DNA of 64,000 bases. It comes from Candidatus Latescibacterota bacterium (GTDB lineage: Bacteria; Latescibacterota; UBA2968; UBA8231). The stretch covers positions 736,001 to 800,000 of the forward strand of contig CBDFJF010000001.1 of the NCBI GenBank assembly GCA_965248265.1, in the 5' to 3' direction. This document shows, in pieces, positions 53,973-64,000 of this stretch; within the stretch, counting starts at the first letter, position 1, and every line of letters starts with the position of its first letter. Position numbers and translations under genes: made by a program. The notes under the pieces are model-generated. The model was not told where the DNA came from. It saw only the letters and a program-made list of their open reading frames with translations, and did no database searches.

Positions 53973-54007
53973 TATAGTAAAGTTTCAGGGACCAAATCTT
54001 TACTATA
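53973..54007. promoter_or_regulatory. AT-rich 10-bp inverted repeat (operator-like)
   Basis: TATAGTAAAG-N15-CTTTACTATA. Confidence 0.45.
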
Positions 54008-54060
54008 GTGCAGATCCGCAGGTTCAGTTCTGCGAAAACATGCGTGGTACGACCGGCTCG

Positions 54061-54133
54061 ACCGAACAGCGGTGATGAGGCGCAGTGGACCCACGCTCGC
54101 GGCCTGATCGCAGACGCCGATTAAACGTTCCGA
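54061..54133 (+). repeat. Isolated attC-like site
   Basis: ACCGAAC...GTGATGAGGC/GCCTGATCGC...AAAC-GTTCCGA, followed by a GTG start at 54146. Confidence 0.45.
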
Positions 54134-54592
54134 CGTTTCGGATTCGTGAAAACCGAACGTCGGAACATCTACCGGGTAGACCTCCGATCGTCACACTCTA
54201 CCTTATATACACGCCAACCTAATCATGGCGGCACAAATTTCGTACTTTGGGGTCACTATCAGACTGAACCTGTCGTTTTCAAGGTTTTTCCACCCCAACT
54301 GGGGTGTCAATCGCTGTACAGTTCTTCCTGTCACCGCTGGCCAACTTCGTCAGCGGTCAGATTCTTCGAGTTGATGGTGGTGGCCAGCTATGTGCCGCCT
54401 GATCTATGAGGTCGGCGGCTGTAACAGCCGTTCCTCTTCCTCATACCAGGCGTCGACACGGTCCCAATAGAATGAGACGTAATCGGCAATATCCGGGCAC
54501 TCTTCGACCGGTTTCGGGTAGTTCCATACCGCATTCTCGGACACCCTGTCTCCCACTCTCACAGACCAGTACCTGGCCTCACCTTTCCAAGG

Positions 54593-54817
54593 TCAGGTGC
54601 TGCCGTGGTTCGTGGGTTCCAGCAGATCCATTCGCACGTCGCTCACGGGAAAGTAGTACGCCGGCAGGTGATGGGTCTCATTCATCACGAGAGCATTCGT
54701 GCTGTCGGCAATTGTTTCGTCACCGAATAGGACACGCATGCGTCGAGGGGCCGGCTTCATTACAACTGTCTGGGTCTGGGTTCGCGAAACAGGGTTCGAG
54801 TCTTCGTCTGTCGGCAT
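54593..54817 (-). pseudogene. DUF427 protein N-terminal fragment
   Basis: 'PRRMRVLFGDETIADSTNALVMNET...YYFPVSDVRMDLL'. Confidence 0.7.
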
Positions 54818-54966
54818 ATTGCACCTCCGAGTTATGCCTTTATGCCACGTCTCACGCTCGGTCTGCATCTGTGGGTCGGCCGTGTCTCCGTAAGCGAGTC
54901 TATCTCACCGGTTACATTCAGACAACACGTAACCGCAGGTGACCGCCCTACATCGACCACGGAGGA

Positions 54967-55095
54967 ATGGTGCCCATGCTGGACCAATCGGATCTGTACA
55001 TCAGTGGACGGGGCGGCTATCACACCTATCGCATCCCGGCAATGGTAGTCTCTGCCCGGGGTACGGTTCTGGCTTTCTGCGAAGGGCGAAAAGGA
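54967..55095 (+). pseudogene. Sialidase (GH33) N-terminal fragment
   Basis: 'GYHTYRIPAMV...GTVLAFCEGRK'; RBS GGAGG. Confidence 0.75.
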
Positions 55096-55227
55096 GCAAA
55101 GAAGACTTTTTGCCAGTACGGACTTACCGCTCCCGCCCGGGCCGTCAATGGCGACCATTGTGTGTTTTTTTGATCGTAGCCACTTCTGAAGCGCCGAGGT
55201 GATGGCATCGAGATCGAAGTGGGTCAT
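55096..55227 (-). pseudogene. Uridine kinase-like P-loop N-terminal fragment
   Basis: 'VAIDGPGGSGKSVLA'. Confidence 0.6.
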
Positions 55228-55454
55228 AGGATGGGTGCAGGCGTCAGTCGTTTTCCTTCAGACGATGGCGAGGCTGTCTACCTTCGTCGGCATCATGAAT
55301 ATCAAAGAGGTCTGAATATCGTCACGGTCTGAGAGTCCCATGCTTTCCTTCTGCTCCCTGACCCAATCCGACACGATTCGAGCGCTTCAATCTCAACCAT
55401 CGATTCAAGTATCGCACAGAAAACTCGCGGTTCGTCGAGGGCCTCGAACGGCAA

Positions 55455-55739
55455 TTGTCGAATCTGAGAGCAGTCTGCTTTCTCCTCATCGTGTCACCAC
55501 ACCGAATCGAAGAGAGGATGAGATACAGAGCGTCGAGGACGGGACAACCATTGGACGAGTCGACCCTGCAAGATCAGATCCAATCGTGGATCGCCAAACA
55601 AGAGCAGTACGTTCAGCACCAATCGCAGGCCTCTATGCCAACGGTGACCATTAATACTGACGATAGAGACTGGGTTGCGTATGCGAAGCAGATCCTTGAA
55701 ACCACGAGCGAAAGCGCGCGAGATGCGCCCAACGCTTGA
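55455..55739 (+). pseudogene. C-terminal remnant of a nucleotide-kinase-like protein
   Basis: 'IEERMRYR...QEQY...INTDDRDW'; weak similarity only. Confidence 0.35.
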
Positions 55740-55853
55740 AATTCTCCGCGAACGTGTGAAATCACAGGCCATCGCTGCGTTTGTCTCCCTAAAACGGAGT
55801 GCAAATCCGCAGGGCATTGCTCTCCATATTCCCGCACCCGTCCATTCTTCCAT

Positions 55854-56839
55854 ATGAGCATCCCGATCACCCTTCTCGTTGACGATCCGGCTCCACTGAT
55901 CAATGTCTATTGGTGGCATGCCGCGGAAACACAGGATTCTGAATCTCCCACACTTGCCTCGGGCGAAGTTGTCGCACGCTCCATACCCGTGGATTTCCTG
56001 CGCCAATTCACCGAAGTCATATCTCACCGCGGTATCAAGGGGAAATTCTCGGTGCTGCCCTATCCCGCCGGGCTAGGCGCCATCACCGACGGTTGGGCAG
56101 GCTGCGATCAGGGCGAGCTGAACGCTTGGCTCGACTTGACTCGCCGGAGTATCACCCCGCTGATGGATATCACGCCCGAGATTCTCACCCACGCAAAGGC
56201 TCTCGACCTGGACTCGCTGAGCCTCCTGCCCGACGACGAACGGGTCTGGTCACAGCACCAGACCGCCTCGACTATGACCCCCTATATCAGCTATGCCCTG
56301 GAGATTCTCTATGCAGTGGATCTGGAGGCGACTGGCGTCACGTCGCCATGGGACTTTGGCATCGAGGTAGAAGCGGAGTATCAGCTGGCCATGCGGGACG
56401 CCATGCGACAGGTCAACGGCCGCTCTCAAACCTGGTATTTCCTGCATCAGGAAAGAAAGAGAACCGATTTCCACTCCCGCGTCGTCTACCGCATGGGGGA
56501 CGCCTGGCAGGTTAGCCTTTGTTCCCAGGTCGGTGACATGATCTTCAACACGATGAACAGCGCAGAGACGGGCGCTGAATATGTGAGCTCAGTGGCGGAC
56601 AACTATGTGAACGAAGACGGCAGGAGCGGACGCCTGGTAGAGCTGTTTGATGCCGGCACCCCGATCGTCTGGCATACTCACTGGCAGAGCCTATACTCGA
56701 ACGGACGCGCTACCGGACCCTCGACGAAATCTGCCGCCGTGTCAGTGCGCTGTGGGGTGATCAGATCAATTGGATGAAATGCAGCGAGCTGGCTGCTGCG
56801 ATAGCCAACTCGAACGCGAGTGAAAATGGTATTCGGTAG
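55854..56839 (+). CDS. Uncharacterised deacetylase-like barrel protein, frameshift near 56715
   Basis: 'LLVDDPAP', 'ITPEILTH', 'GVTSPW', 'HTHWQSL'; the tail 'LDEICRRV...WMKCSELA' is in another frame. Confidence 0.6.
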
Positions 56840-57307
56840 AGATTGAGTAGGTATTGGCGGTGAAGTTGTGCTGTGATTGAGCTTCGCCGGGTCTGTACAA
56901 GCGGGACCTTTGTTACGGATAAAATCTGCAGCTCTCTCGCACGTTCGCTTGGCAACCCCAATGTGTCACTGCTGTGCTGCTTCAGATCCTCGGCGCCCCG
57001 TGTTGGTGACCGGCGGTAATCGTTTGCCCACAACGATGGACATCTCCTCCCCCATGCGGCTCGTTCGCCACTCTGTCTTGTTCACCCCCTGTGAATTGCC
57101 AATCTTAATTGACCTGACCGTCCGGACGGACTGGGATTGCATCTCATTGATCCAGCATCCAAGGAGGTGGCCCATGGACAGGATCATGCTCGCGGGCCTC
57201 ATCGTAAACATCGGCGCTGATCGAGCCGAGCCTCGGCGAGGTTTGTCCCCAGGCTACTACTGTTTCTCTCGACGGAGGTGGTGAAGTGCCTGTTATTGAG
57301 GTGGGTC

Positions 57308-58315
57308 ATGATTGAACGACGTGATTTTCTAAAGACTCTGGTTGCCGCGCTTCCAGGCGTCGTGATTCCCTTTGGATGCGGCAGCAAGGCGCAGGACAAA
57401 CTGGGTCAGGTGCTGCCCAAACGCGTGCTGGGCCGCACCGGCGACGCGGTGACGATGCTGGGGATTGGCGGCTACCACATCGGCTGGACGACGGAGCGGG
57501 ATGCAGAAGCCGTGATTGAAACGGCGCTCGCCGGCGGTGTGCGCTTCTTCGATACCGCGGAAGGTTACGGGGACGGCCGGAGCGAGCAGCGCTATGGCAA
57601 GTACTTGGTACCAAAGGCCCGCGAACAGGTCTTCATTATGACTAAAACCGGCGCCAAGGATGCCGATACCGCGCAGCAGCACCTCGACGCGTCTTTGACG
57701 CGTTTGAATACGGACTATCTGGATCTCTGGCAGGTGCACGGGATCGGCGACCCTGATGATGTGGACCGACGTATCGATGGGGGTGTCCTGGATGTGTTCG
57801 AGCGCGCCAAGGCTTCTGGCAAGGCGCGTTTCATCGGGTTTACCGGGCATAGCAACCCAGCGGCTCATTTGCGCATGCTGGAGCGGACCGCCGACAGCGA
57901 CATGTTTGATACCTGCCAGATGCCGGTGAATCTGCTCGACCCCAGCTACCACAGCTTCATCGAACAGGTCGCCCCGATCTTGCAGCCGCGCAACATCGCG
58001 CTGCTGGCCATGAAGACGCTGGCAGACGGCCGCTTCTTCTCGAAGAAGGTCAGGCTAGACAAGGTCCAATGGGAAACGGACAACCCGGTCGTCCCGGACC
58101 GAGTGAGTGTCCGCCAGGCCCTTCATTTTGTGTGGTCGCTGCCCGTTAGCGTCCTGATTACTGGGGCTGAGAACGCGGATTTGATGCGCGAAAAGATCGG
58201 CCTCGCCCAGGATTTCGTGGCGCTGACCCAGCAGGACCGCCAGGCGCTCATCGACAAGGTGGCCGACTTGGCCGAGGATGGCAAGATCGAGTATTTCAAG
58301 AGCATTAGCTCATAA
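57308..58315 (+). CDS. Aldo/keto reductase with a Tat signal
   Basis: 'ERRDFLK'; 'FFDTAEGY', 'MTK', 'DYLDLWQVH', 'IGFTGH', 'AMKTL'. Confidence 0.9.
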   Translation: MIERRDFLKTLVAALPGVVIPFGCGSKAQDKLGQVLPKRVLGRTGDAVTMLGIGGYHIGWTTERDAEAVIETALAGGVRFFDTAEGYGDGRSEQRYGKYLVPKAREQVFIMTKTGAKDADTAQQHLDASLTRLNTDYLDLWQVHGIGDPDDVDRRIDGGVLDVFERAKASGKARFIGFTGHSNPAAHLRMLERTADSDMFDTCQMPVNLLDPSYHSFIEQVAPILQPRNIALLAMKTLADGRFFSKKVRLDKVQWETDNPVVPDRVSVRQALHFVWSLPVSVLITGAENADLMREKIGLAQDFVALTQQDRQALIDKVADLAEDGKIEYFKSISS

Positions 58316-58319
58316 CACC

Positions 58320-58457
58320 CTACCACGTCAGTCTGATGGACCCGGGATCATCAGACGCATCGCCCATGTAGGAGATGGTCTTGGGTACGGCCTCCTGGGC
58401 GTAGGCGGTCGATAGCGAAATTGCAAGGCAAAGTGAGATGGCAAGCAGGGGTTTCAT
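58320..58457 (-). pseudogene. Secreted protein N-terminal fragment
   Basis: RBS AGGAG then 'MKPLLAISLCLAISLSTAYAQEAVPKTISY', then a stop. Confidence 0.5.
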
Positions 58458-58607
58458 CACAACATCTCCTAAGTGAGATTCTTATTGCGAGCATTTACAG
58501 GCTGGTGCCGACACCAAATCACCAGGTTATGGTGGCGGGGGTGATGGTACGGAGATTCGGAGGGTGGACCAAGCCATGGCAGGACAGCCCACTATAGTGG
58601 CCGCAAG

Positions 58608-58825
58608 GTGGAGGGGGAAGCCGCTCTGGATGTGCTGGCCGGCGTGACCGACCTGCTGGTCGCCAAAGGTCGGAAGACGCTGCACTATGACCTCGTCAAA
58701 GAGCGTCCATCCGACGCGGAGCTGCTGGAACTGTTGTTGGGACGCTCGGACAAGCTTCTGCCATGTGCCTCGGCAGCAAGTTCCTCGTGGGGTACAGCAG
58801 CGACATGCTGGCGAACGAGCTGTAG
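58608..58825 (+). pseudogene. ArsC-like glutaredoxin-fold protein, C-terminal remnant with a frameshift
   Basis: 'LLVAKGRK...LLELLLGRSDKL' followed by 'FLVGYS' in another frame. Confidence 0.5.
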
Positions 58826-58885
58826 TACCGATCGGACAGCCCTCACGCATCAGGTCGCGCTCGCGTCCGCCTGCGCTCTCGACAC

Positions 58886-61426
58886 TCAAGCTCTTCCCAA
58901 CGTACCGCTCACCGTGGTTCCATCCGGTCGCAGGAAGCTGTAAGAGACAGGGCCCGTCGCTGGCTCGCCAGTAACCTGCCTGGACTCGGGGATAGGTTCC
59001 CCTTCCGGCCAGATCACGTAACGCTCCCCCGCATCAGTATCGAATTGCAGGAGTTCGCCGGTCAGTTGCGTGGACTTACTGTCCGAGTGCTCTAGCTGGC
59101 ATGGCTTCCCTTCCCACGGATTTCGCATCCTGCACAACTCCCCCATCCGCGACTCGATTTCGACAAACTCGATGCGACCGGCCTGGATCGATGCGCTGAT
59201 GAGAAATCCGCCCCGGACTAACAGACGAAAAGAAGCATCCCATTCCCTGGGCCAGGCTGGAAAGAGGCGAATGACCTCTGGCAGCCCCGGCTCCGCGGAA
59301 ACGCTCTGCACCAGGGCCTCATTGAGGGCCATGCTGATGCAACCGAGAGGCTCAATGGAGGGATCCGTGATCCCCTCGAACAGGCTGAAGCCGTTCGGCA
59401 AGGGACCGCCTCCTTGGTTGAAGGTTGCGTAGTAGGCTGCCAGCAGCGCCGGAAGCTCCTCCCCACGTCCGAGTCTCGAGCCCATGATCGGCGTGTGGCC
59501 AACGCTGGTGAGACCCCACATCTTGCCGGCGACCAGGTCGGCTCGCAACGAGTTGAGCTCGGCCAACCGGCGGATGATGCGCTCGGTCTCCGGCTCCATC
59601 GACTCCTGAGTCCAGATCTCGAACGGGAAAACGCCGAACAGGGATTCCTCGTGCGGGCGGTCCTTGTCCCGAGGGTGGTCGACGGCCCCGACATGACCCA
59701 AAGACCACAGGTCCGGCGCGACGACGGAGTGACTCTCCGGATCGCTCCCCATCGGATAGGGCGCCAGATGATCCAGGAACTCAGTCCAACTGGCGCGCAG
59801 TTCAGCGTCGACATCGAGAATCTCGGCGGCGCGGATGGCCAATGGCGCCGTCCCTCGGATCGCCGTCAGGTCCAGCAGACCGTCGTTGGTGCCCCATCCT
59901 CCTTCAAACTGATTCAGGCCATGGAGATGATAGAGACCGTCCTCCTCTTTCCTGGCCAGTCCCCGATAGAACTCGACGGTCTCCCGCAGCAGTGGATAGG
60001 CATGCGAACGCAACCAGCTCTCGTCCCCCGTGTACCGGTACCGCCACCAGGCATGCTTGGCGATCTTCGTACCAGACGTCGCGATATGGCTGACCCATGA
60101 ATAGCGGCCGGCCGCCTGCGCCGGAAACTCCTCCCGGTCATGAAAACGGCTGGTATCGAGGGCACGCAGCCCGCCGTCATAACAATTGTAGGAAACGGCC
60201 CGGGCTGACAGTTCCATGCTCGTCTTTCTGCCCAACCAGACATCCTCGTACTCGGCAGCCACATCGTCCGGCAACACCACCGGACCGTCGAACTGACCGC
60301 TCTCGAGGAAGTACGCCCCGCGCGACCCGGTGCGCTGCAGACCAGCCGCAACCGCATTCGGCAACTGGCCCACGTACATGTTGAAAAACGGATCGGCCAA
60401 TTCGACTGCGTCGGCCGCGTGCAGCGGATAGTAGGAGATCTGGGTCGTCCACACCCAGAACTGGGACCCCCAGTACGTCGTATCTCCCTCCGTGAGAAAG
60501 ATCGAGCCGTTCCATTTTGCCGGCAGCGGACCGCGTGAGCTGCTGGCCATGTAATAGAGCTGCAGATTGCGCACGCACTGCATGAAGTCGGCGACGCCGT
60601 CGTCGCTCGTTAGATGCACGAAGGTTCTCGACCACAACTCGGCCCACCAGGATGCATGGACCGCCCTCATCTCGTCGTAGGTCTGGCTCGAAGCTGCGTC
60701 CAGCAGCGCGCGGGTTGCAGCTGACAGATCCAAATCCGGATCCCATGAGGCGGCGCTGGCGATCAGAATCATTCGTTTCCCCGACGCAGCCGGAACACGG
60801 ATGCAGTGGCAGCTGTCGGAGGCGACCTCTGGCTCTCCCTCGCCGACAATCCTCGAGGCCACTGCCGAGCCACAGTAGTAGTCGGCCTCCGTGAATCGCT
60901 GAACCAGCACTGCCGTGCCTGGTTGATGGCCGAATTCGTAGCGCGCTTCGTGATTCCCGTTCACGACGAGTAGATCGCGCCACATCGCCAGATCCACTCG
61001 CAGCGGCCGGGGCTGCTGCCTGGTGTCGTCGATCTCCAGCGCGAGGACGTCCAGCCCGGCAGCAACGAAGCACCGGACCCGTATGCCATCCCCCTCGATC
61101 ACCTCCTCGGCCTGATGAAGAGACAGGTGTTGCTTGAAGGTGCTGCCCGAGAAGACATCACCACCCACATCGATACAGATCGAGCCACATCCGCCCCAGT
61201 AGTCCGTCGGCCCGGCTTTCAACCCCTTGTGGTTCCCGTTGACGGCAAAGACGTCGCTCCGATTGATCTGGAAGCGAACGGCACCAGGTGTCGTCCATAC
61301 CATCGTACCCATACACCCGTTGCCGATCGGATGGCCTTCACGTCCGTGGTCGACCGGCTTCTGGTAGACCAAATCCGCATGGGACACGAGTGCGCTGTGA
61401 TCTGGTTGCATGACCGATCGAGTCAT
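58886..61426 (-). CDS. GH95-like / DUF5703 (alpha/alpha)6 glycoside hydrolase-like protein
   Basis: 'PIGNGCMG', 'LPAKWNG', 'YPLLRETVEFY', 'EALVQS', 'RLFPAWP...F.LLVRGGF'. Confidence 0.75.
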   Translation of the reverse strand: MTRSVMQPDHSALVSHADLVYQKPVDHGREGHPIGNGCMGTMVWTTPGAVRFQINRSDVFAVNGNHKGLKAGPTDYWGGCGSICIDVGGDVFSGSTFKQHLSLHQAEEVIEGDGIRVRCFVAAGLDVLALEIDDTRQQPRPLRVDLAMWRDLLVVNGNHEARYEFGHQPGTAVLVQRFTEADYYCGSAVASRIVGEGEPEVASDSCHCIRVPAASGKRMILIASAASWDPDLDLSAATRALLDAASSQTYDEMRAVHASWWAELWSRTFVHLTSDDGVADFMQCVRNLQLYYMASSSRGPLPAKWNGSIFLTEGDTTYWGSQFWVWTTQISYYPLHAADAVELADPFFNMYVGQLPNAVAAGLQRTGSRGAYFLESGQFDGPVVLPDDVAAEYEDVWLGRKTSMELSARAVSYNCYDGGLRALDTSRFHDREEFPAQAAGRYSWVSHIATSGTKIAKHAWWRYRYTGDESWLRSHAYPLLRETVEFYRGLARKEEDGLYHLHGLNQFEGGWGTNDGLLDLTAIRGTAPLAIRAAEILDVDAELRASWTEFLDHLAPYPMGSDPESHSVVAPDLWSLGHVGAVDHPRDKDRPHEESLFGVFPFEIWTQESMEPETERIIRRLAELNSLRADLVAGKMWGLTSVGHTPIMGSRLGRGEELPALLAAYYATFNQGGGPLPNGFSLFEGITDPSIEPLGCISMALNEALVQSVSAEPGLPEVIRLFPAWPREWDASFRLLVRGGFLISASIQAGRIEFVEIESRMGELCRMRNPWEGKPCQLEHSDSKSTQLTGELLQFDTDAGERYVIWPEGEPIPESRQVTGEPATGPVSYSFLRPDGTTVSGTLGRA

Positions 61427-61888
61427 ACCTGGCTCCTTTGGGGTCAACGGCCTATCTCGCATAGCAAACGGTCAGGGAAATATGAAGAAGTCTGTCCCGT
61501 CTGCCAGACGGATTCCGGCGCTGGCCGTCGATGGACGGACAAATAGCTATTGAGCGATGTTCTGCGTAACCGACACCCTAGCAGGCACTTCGCACCAAGT
61601 GACCGATCGAGACTTACAACATCGGGGGATTCCCATCCTACGTTTGGATAGGGCCAGATGGTCGAATAATCAGTCCTGAGCTAAAGGGCGATCTGGACGA
61701 TCTATATGAGGCCACGCTGACCGACTGGCGGTAATCACCTGCCCACAACGATTACCGCCTGCCCTACCGGACCGGTTGCCATTGTTCCTACGCCTGCTTG
61801 TCCCCAACGACCGAGCCTGCGAGATTTGTACCCGCGACCGCTCACCGATGGGGAAATCACCTGAAGGTCCAAGCAGGGAGGCGATGCA

Positions 61889-63862
61889 ATGGGAAAAACG
61901 AAAATCATGCCCGACTTAGTCAACGTCAAAGCTACCCAAGTCTCGGCCCCGCCAACCTGGGCGCTTCTGGAGCGCAGGCTCATCAGCCTCATGGAAAAAA
62001 GCGCGCACATGATGAGCAGGAAGTACGCCGAGCGCAGCGGCGCATGGTACTGGTTTGACGACCTGGACGACTACTACGAGCGCTCGTACAACTGGTGCCT
62101 TTTGTACTCAATGGGCGGTGATGAAAGTCTGGTCGACCTGGCATTGAAACACTGGAACGCCACAACCCGACTGTTCGACGACAGAGACAACAACCGCGCC
62201 AATGACCTCGACTACTACCATGGCGTCCACCCCATGAAGTTTAAGCACAACATCCACAACGAGTACTTCAGCATCGCGCATCCCGGAGACGCTGAGTGGC
62301 ACCACATGGGCGAAGGAAACATGGGATTCTACGACCTTGCCTTCGGAGACCCGACGATCTCCGAAAACGTGAGGCGAGCCAGGAGATTCGCCGATATGTT
62401 CCTCGGCGAGGACCCTGAAGCACCGATCTACGATCCCGTCCACAGAATCATTCGCTCTCCCATCCACGGAAGCCTGGGGCCGTACCACAGCGCGACACTG
62501 GAGGTGGTGAAGTCGTTCCTCCAGGGAGGCCACGCCACTTCCCCTGATTGGAAGCCCAAGACGATGGGCGTGCGTGCATCCATATATCCCGCCGTTAAGG
62601 AACTGGAGCCCAACTGGTGGCAGGATCCCAAGCGAGCGGATGAGATCGTCGACCTGTTTAATAAGCTCGTCCTCGACGGCGACTCGGCATGCAACCTGGC
62701 CGCCACCGGTCTCGTGACCAACGCCTACCTCTACACCGGTGACGAGAAGTATAAACGTTGGGTCGTCGAGTACGTCGAGGCGTGGATGGACCGCATCAAG
62801 CAGAACAACGGCATCATCCCCGATAACGTCGGGCCGACAGGCAAGCCGGGCGAGCATCGAGACGGCGTCTGGTGGGGCACCGTATACGGCTGGAACAGCT
62901 ACGTCGGCTGGAGAAATATCTTCCACTCCATCGCGGTGGCCTCGGAGTGTGCCCATCTGCTGACCGGCGATGCGGGATATCTCGATTTGCTGCGATCACA
63001 GATCAAGGTGCTTCTGGACAACGCGATCACCCGAGAGGACGGTCAACTTCTCGTACCCAACAGGGTCACGCCGGACGGTTTCGTCCACGAATACGTCGAG
63101 AAGTGGGACGCTACGTCCTCGACTAACCTGCGCCCGTACGAGTTGGCACACCTCTACCACGCGTCGATGTCCCAGGAAGACTACGACCTGATCCTGCGGG
63201 TCCGGGAGGGCGACGTGGAGCGAGACTGGAACGAAGAGAGAGTCGGTGGCGCGCGCGCGGAATCGGACAGCGAGTACAGCCGCTTCCAGTATTACGACGG
63301 CAAGAACCCAAACTGGCCAGAGAAGGCGCTGAGCCTCCAATACCAACAAGCGTTAGATACGTACCAGCGCATGGCGTCGGACGACCGCAACGTGCCCGAG
63401 ATCATCGCCGACAACCAACAGCCGGCGAACGCTGTATTCACCAAGGTCTTGACGCAGGTGATACTCGGTTCGCCGCAGTACATGTACCACGGCGGTATGC
63501 TCCGCGCCACGGTGCGGTACTACGATGCCGACCGCGTGCGCCCAGGACTGCCACCGGACGTCGCCGCCCTGGTCGACGAGCTGACCGCCGAGTCTGTGGG
63601 AATCCAGCTTGTGAACACCGGCAGGCACGAAACGCGGAACCTGATTGTACAGGCCGGGGCCTTTGGGGAGCACCAGTTCACTCAGGTTCAGTACGACGAT
63701 GGCGAAAGTGTGCACGTCGTGCCGCTCGATGGGAAGTACTTCGCGATAGAGCTACCGCCATCGACCGCGATTCGGGTGGAAGCCGGAATGCGACGGTTTG
63801 CAAACCAGCCCAGCTACGCCTTCCCCTGGCATGGTGACACCATTCCAGTGCCATTTAGATAA
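61889..63862 (+). CDS. Uncharacterised ~660-aa (alpha/alpha)-barrel-like protein (paralog 2)
   Basis: Conserved blocks shared with 32961..34964; RBS GGAGG. Confidence 0.8.
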   Translation: MGKTKIMPDLVNVKATQVSAPPTWALLERRLISLMEKSAHMMSRKYAERSGAWYWFDDLDDYYERSYNWCLLYSMGGDESLVDLALKHWNATTRLFDDRDNNRANDLDYYHGVHPMKFKHNIHNEYFSIAHPGDAEWHHMGEGNMGFYDLAFGDPTISENVRRARRFADMFLGEDPEAPIYDPVHRIIRSPIHGSLGPYHSATLEVVKSFLQGGHATSPDWKPKTMGVRASIYPAVKELEPNWWQDPKRADEIVDLFNKLVLDGDSACNLAATGLVTNAYLYTGDEKYKRWVVEYVEAWMDRIKQNNGIIPDNVGPTGKPGEHRDGVWWGTVYGWNSYVGWRNIFHSIAVASECAHLLTGDAGYLDLLRSQIKVLLDNAITREDGQLLVPNRVTPDGFVHEYVEKWDATSSTNLRPYELAHLYHASMSQEDYDLILRVREGDVERDWNEERVGGARAESDSEYSRFQYYDGKNPNWPEKALSLQYQQALDTYQRMASDDRNVPEIIADNQQPANAVFTKVLTQVILGSPQYMYHGGMLRATVRYYDADRVRPGLPPDVAALVDELTAESVGIQLVNTGRHETRNLIVQAGAFGEHQFTQVQYDDGESVHVVPLDGKYFAIELPPSTAIRVEAGMRRFANQPSYAFPWHGDTIPVPFR

Positions 63863-64000
63863 CATCAAGGTGAACTGGATCGATCCGGGCTCACCGCCCA
63901 TCGTTCACAGAGTCCGAACGCACACCGACAGAATAGGGGAGGTTCAAGTGGAAGGCGGAATTCCACCTGGTAGCCTGCTTGTCGCTGCAGGCCTGCGTGA

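Noticed and set aside
58608-58825. Selenoprotein readthrough in the ArsC-like gene
   Set aside because: The N-terminal redox-motif region is missing, so no in-frame UGA or SECIS can be assessed.
61727-61759. GGCGGTAATC...GATTACCGCC inverted repeat as a terminator or element end
   Set aside because: No U-tract, and it lies in a divergent promoter region; function cannot be supported.

Overview
This is a GC-rich bacterial window, probably FCB superphylum (Latescibacterota-like). That assignment is an inference from an FlgD/T9SS-like 'QNFPNPFN' C-terminal domain and many uncharacterised carbohydrate-active-like proteins. It is an accessory mosaic. Intact genes include threonine aldolase with hydantoinase/oxoprolinase A and B, a metallophosphoesterase, a cis-prenyltransferase, map, an MFS transporter, a YtrA-GntR/ABC operon, CocE, a PQQ-propeller protein, a histidine kinase, an aldo/keto reductase, a GH95-like protein and two pairs of paralogous large hypothetical proteins. 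These are interleaved with about 20 truncated or frameshifted gene fragments. The main structure the ORF track does not explain is an integron-type gene-cassette array with no integrase in the window (CALIN-like) at about 42.6-48.3 kb. It has attC-like hairpins whose R'' boxes are complementary to the GTT box that opens each cassette. The cassettes carry a stand-alone tandem FliG-C-like protein, a GNAT, a HigBA-type toxin-antitoxin pair (toxin split by a frameshifted IS3-family element), an MBL-fold protein and a methyltransferase. A more eroded cassette run probably lies at about 20-25 kb, with a lone attC-like site at 54.1 kb. Two unexplained dispersed intergenic motifs were also seen. No rRNA, tRNA or CRISPR array was found. 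All product calls come from motif recognition by eye, not database searches.
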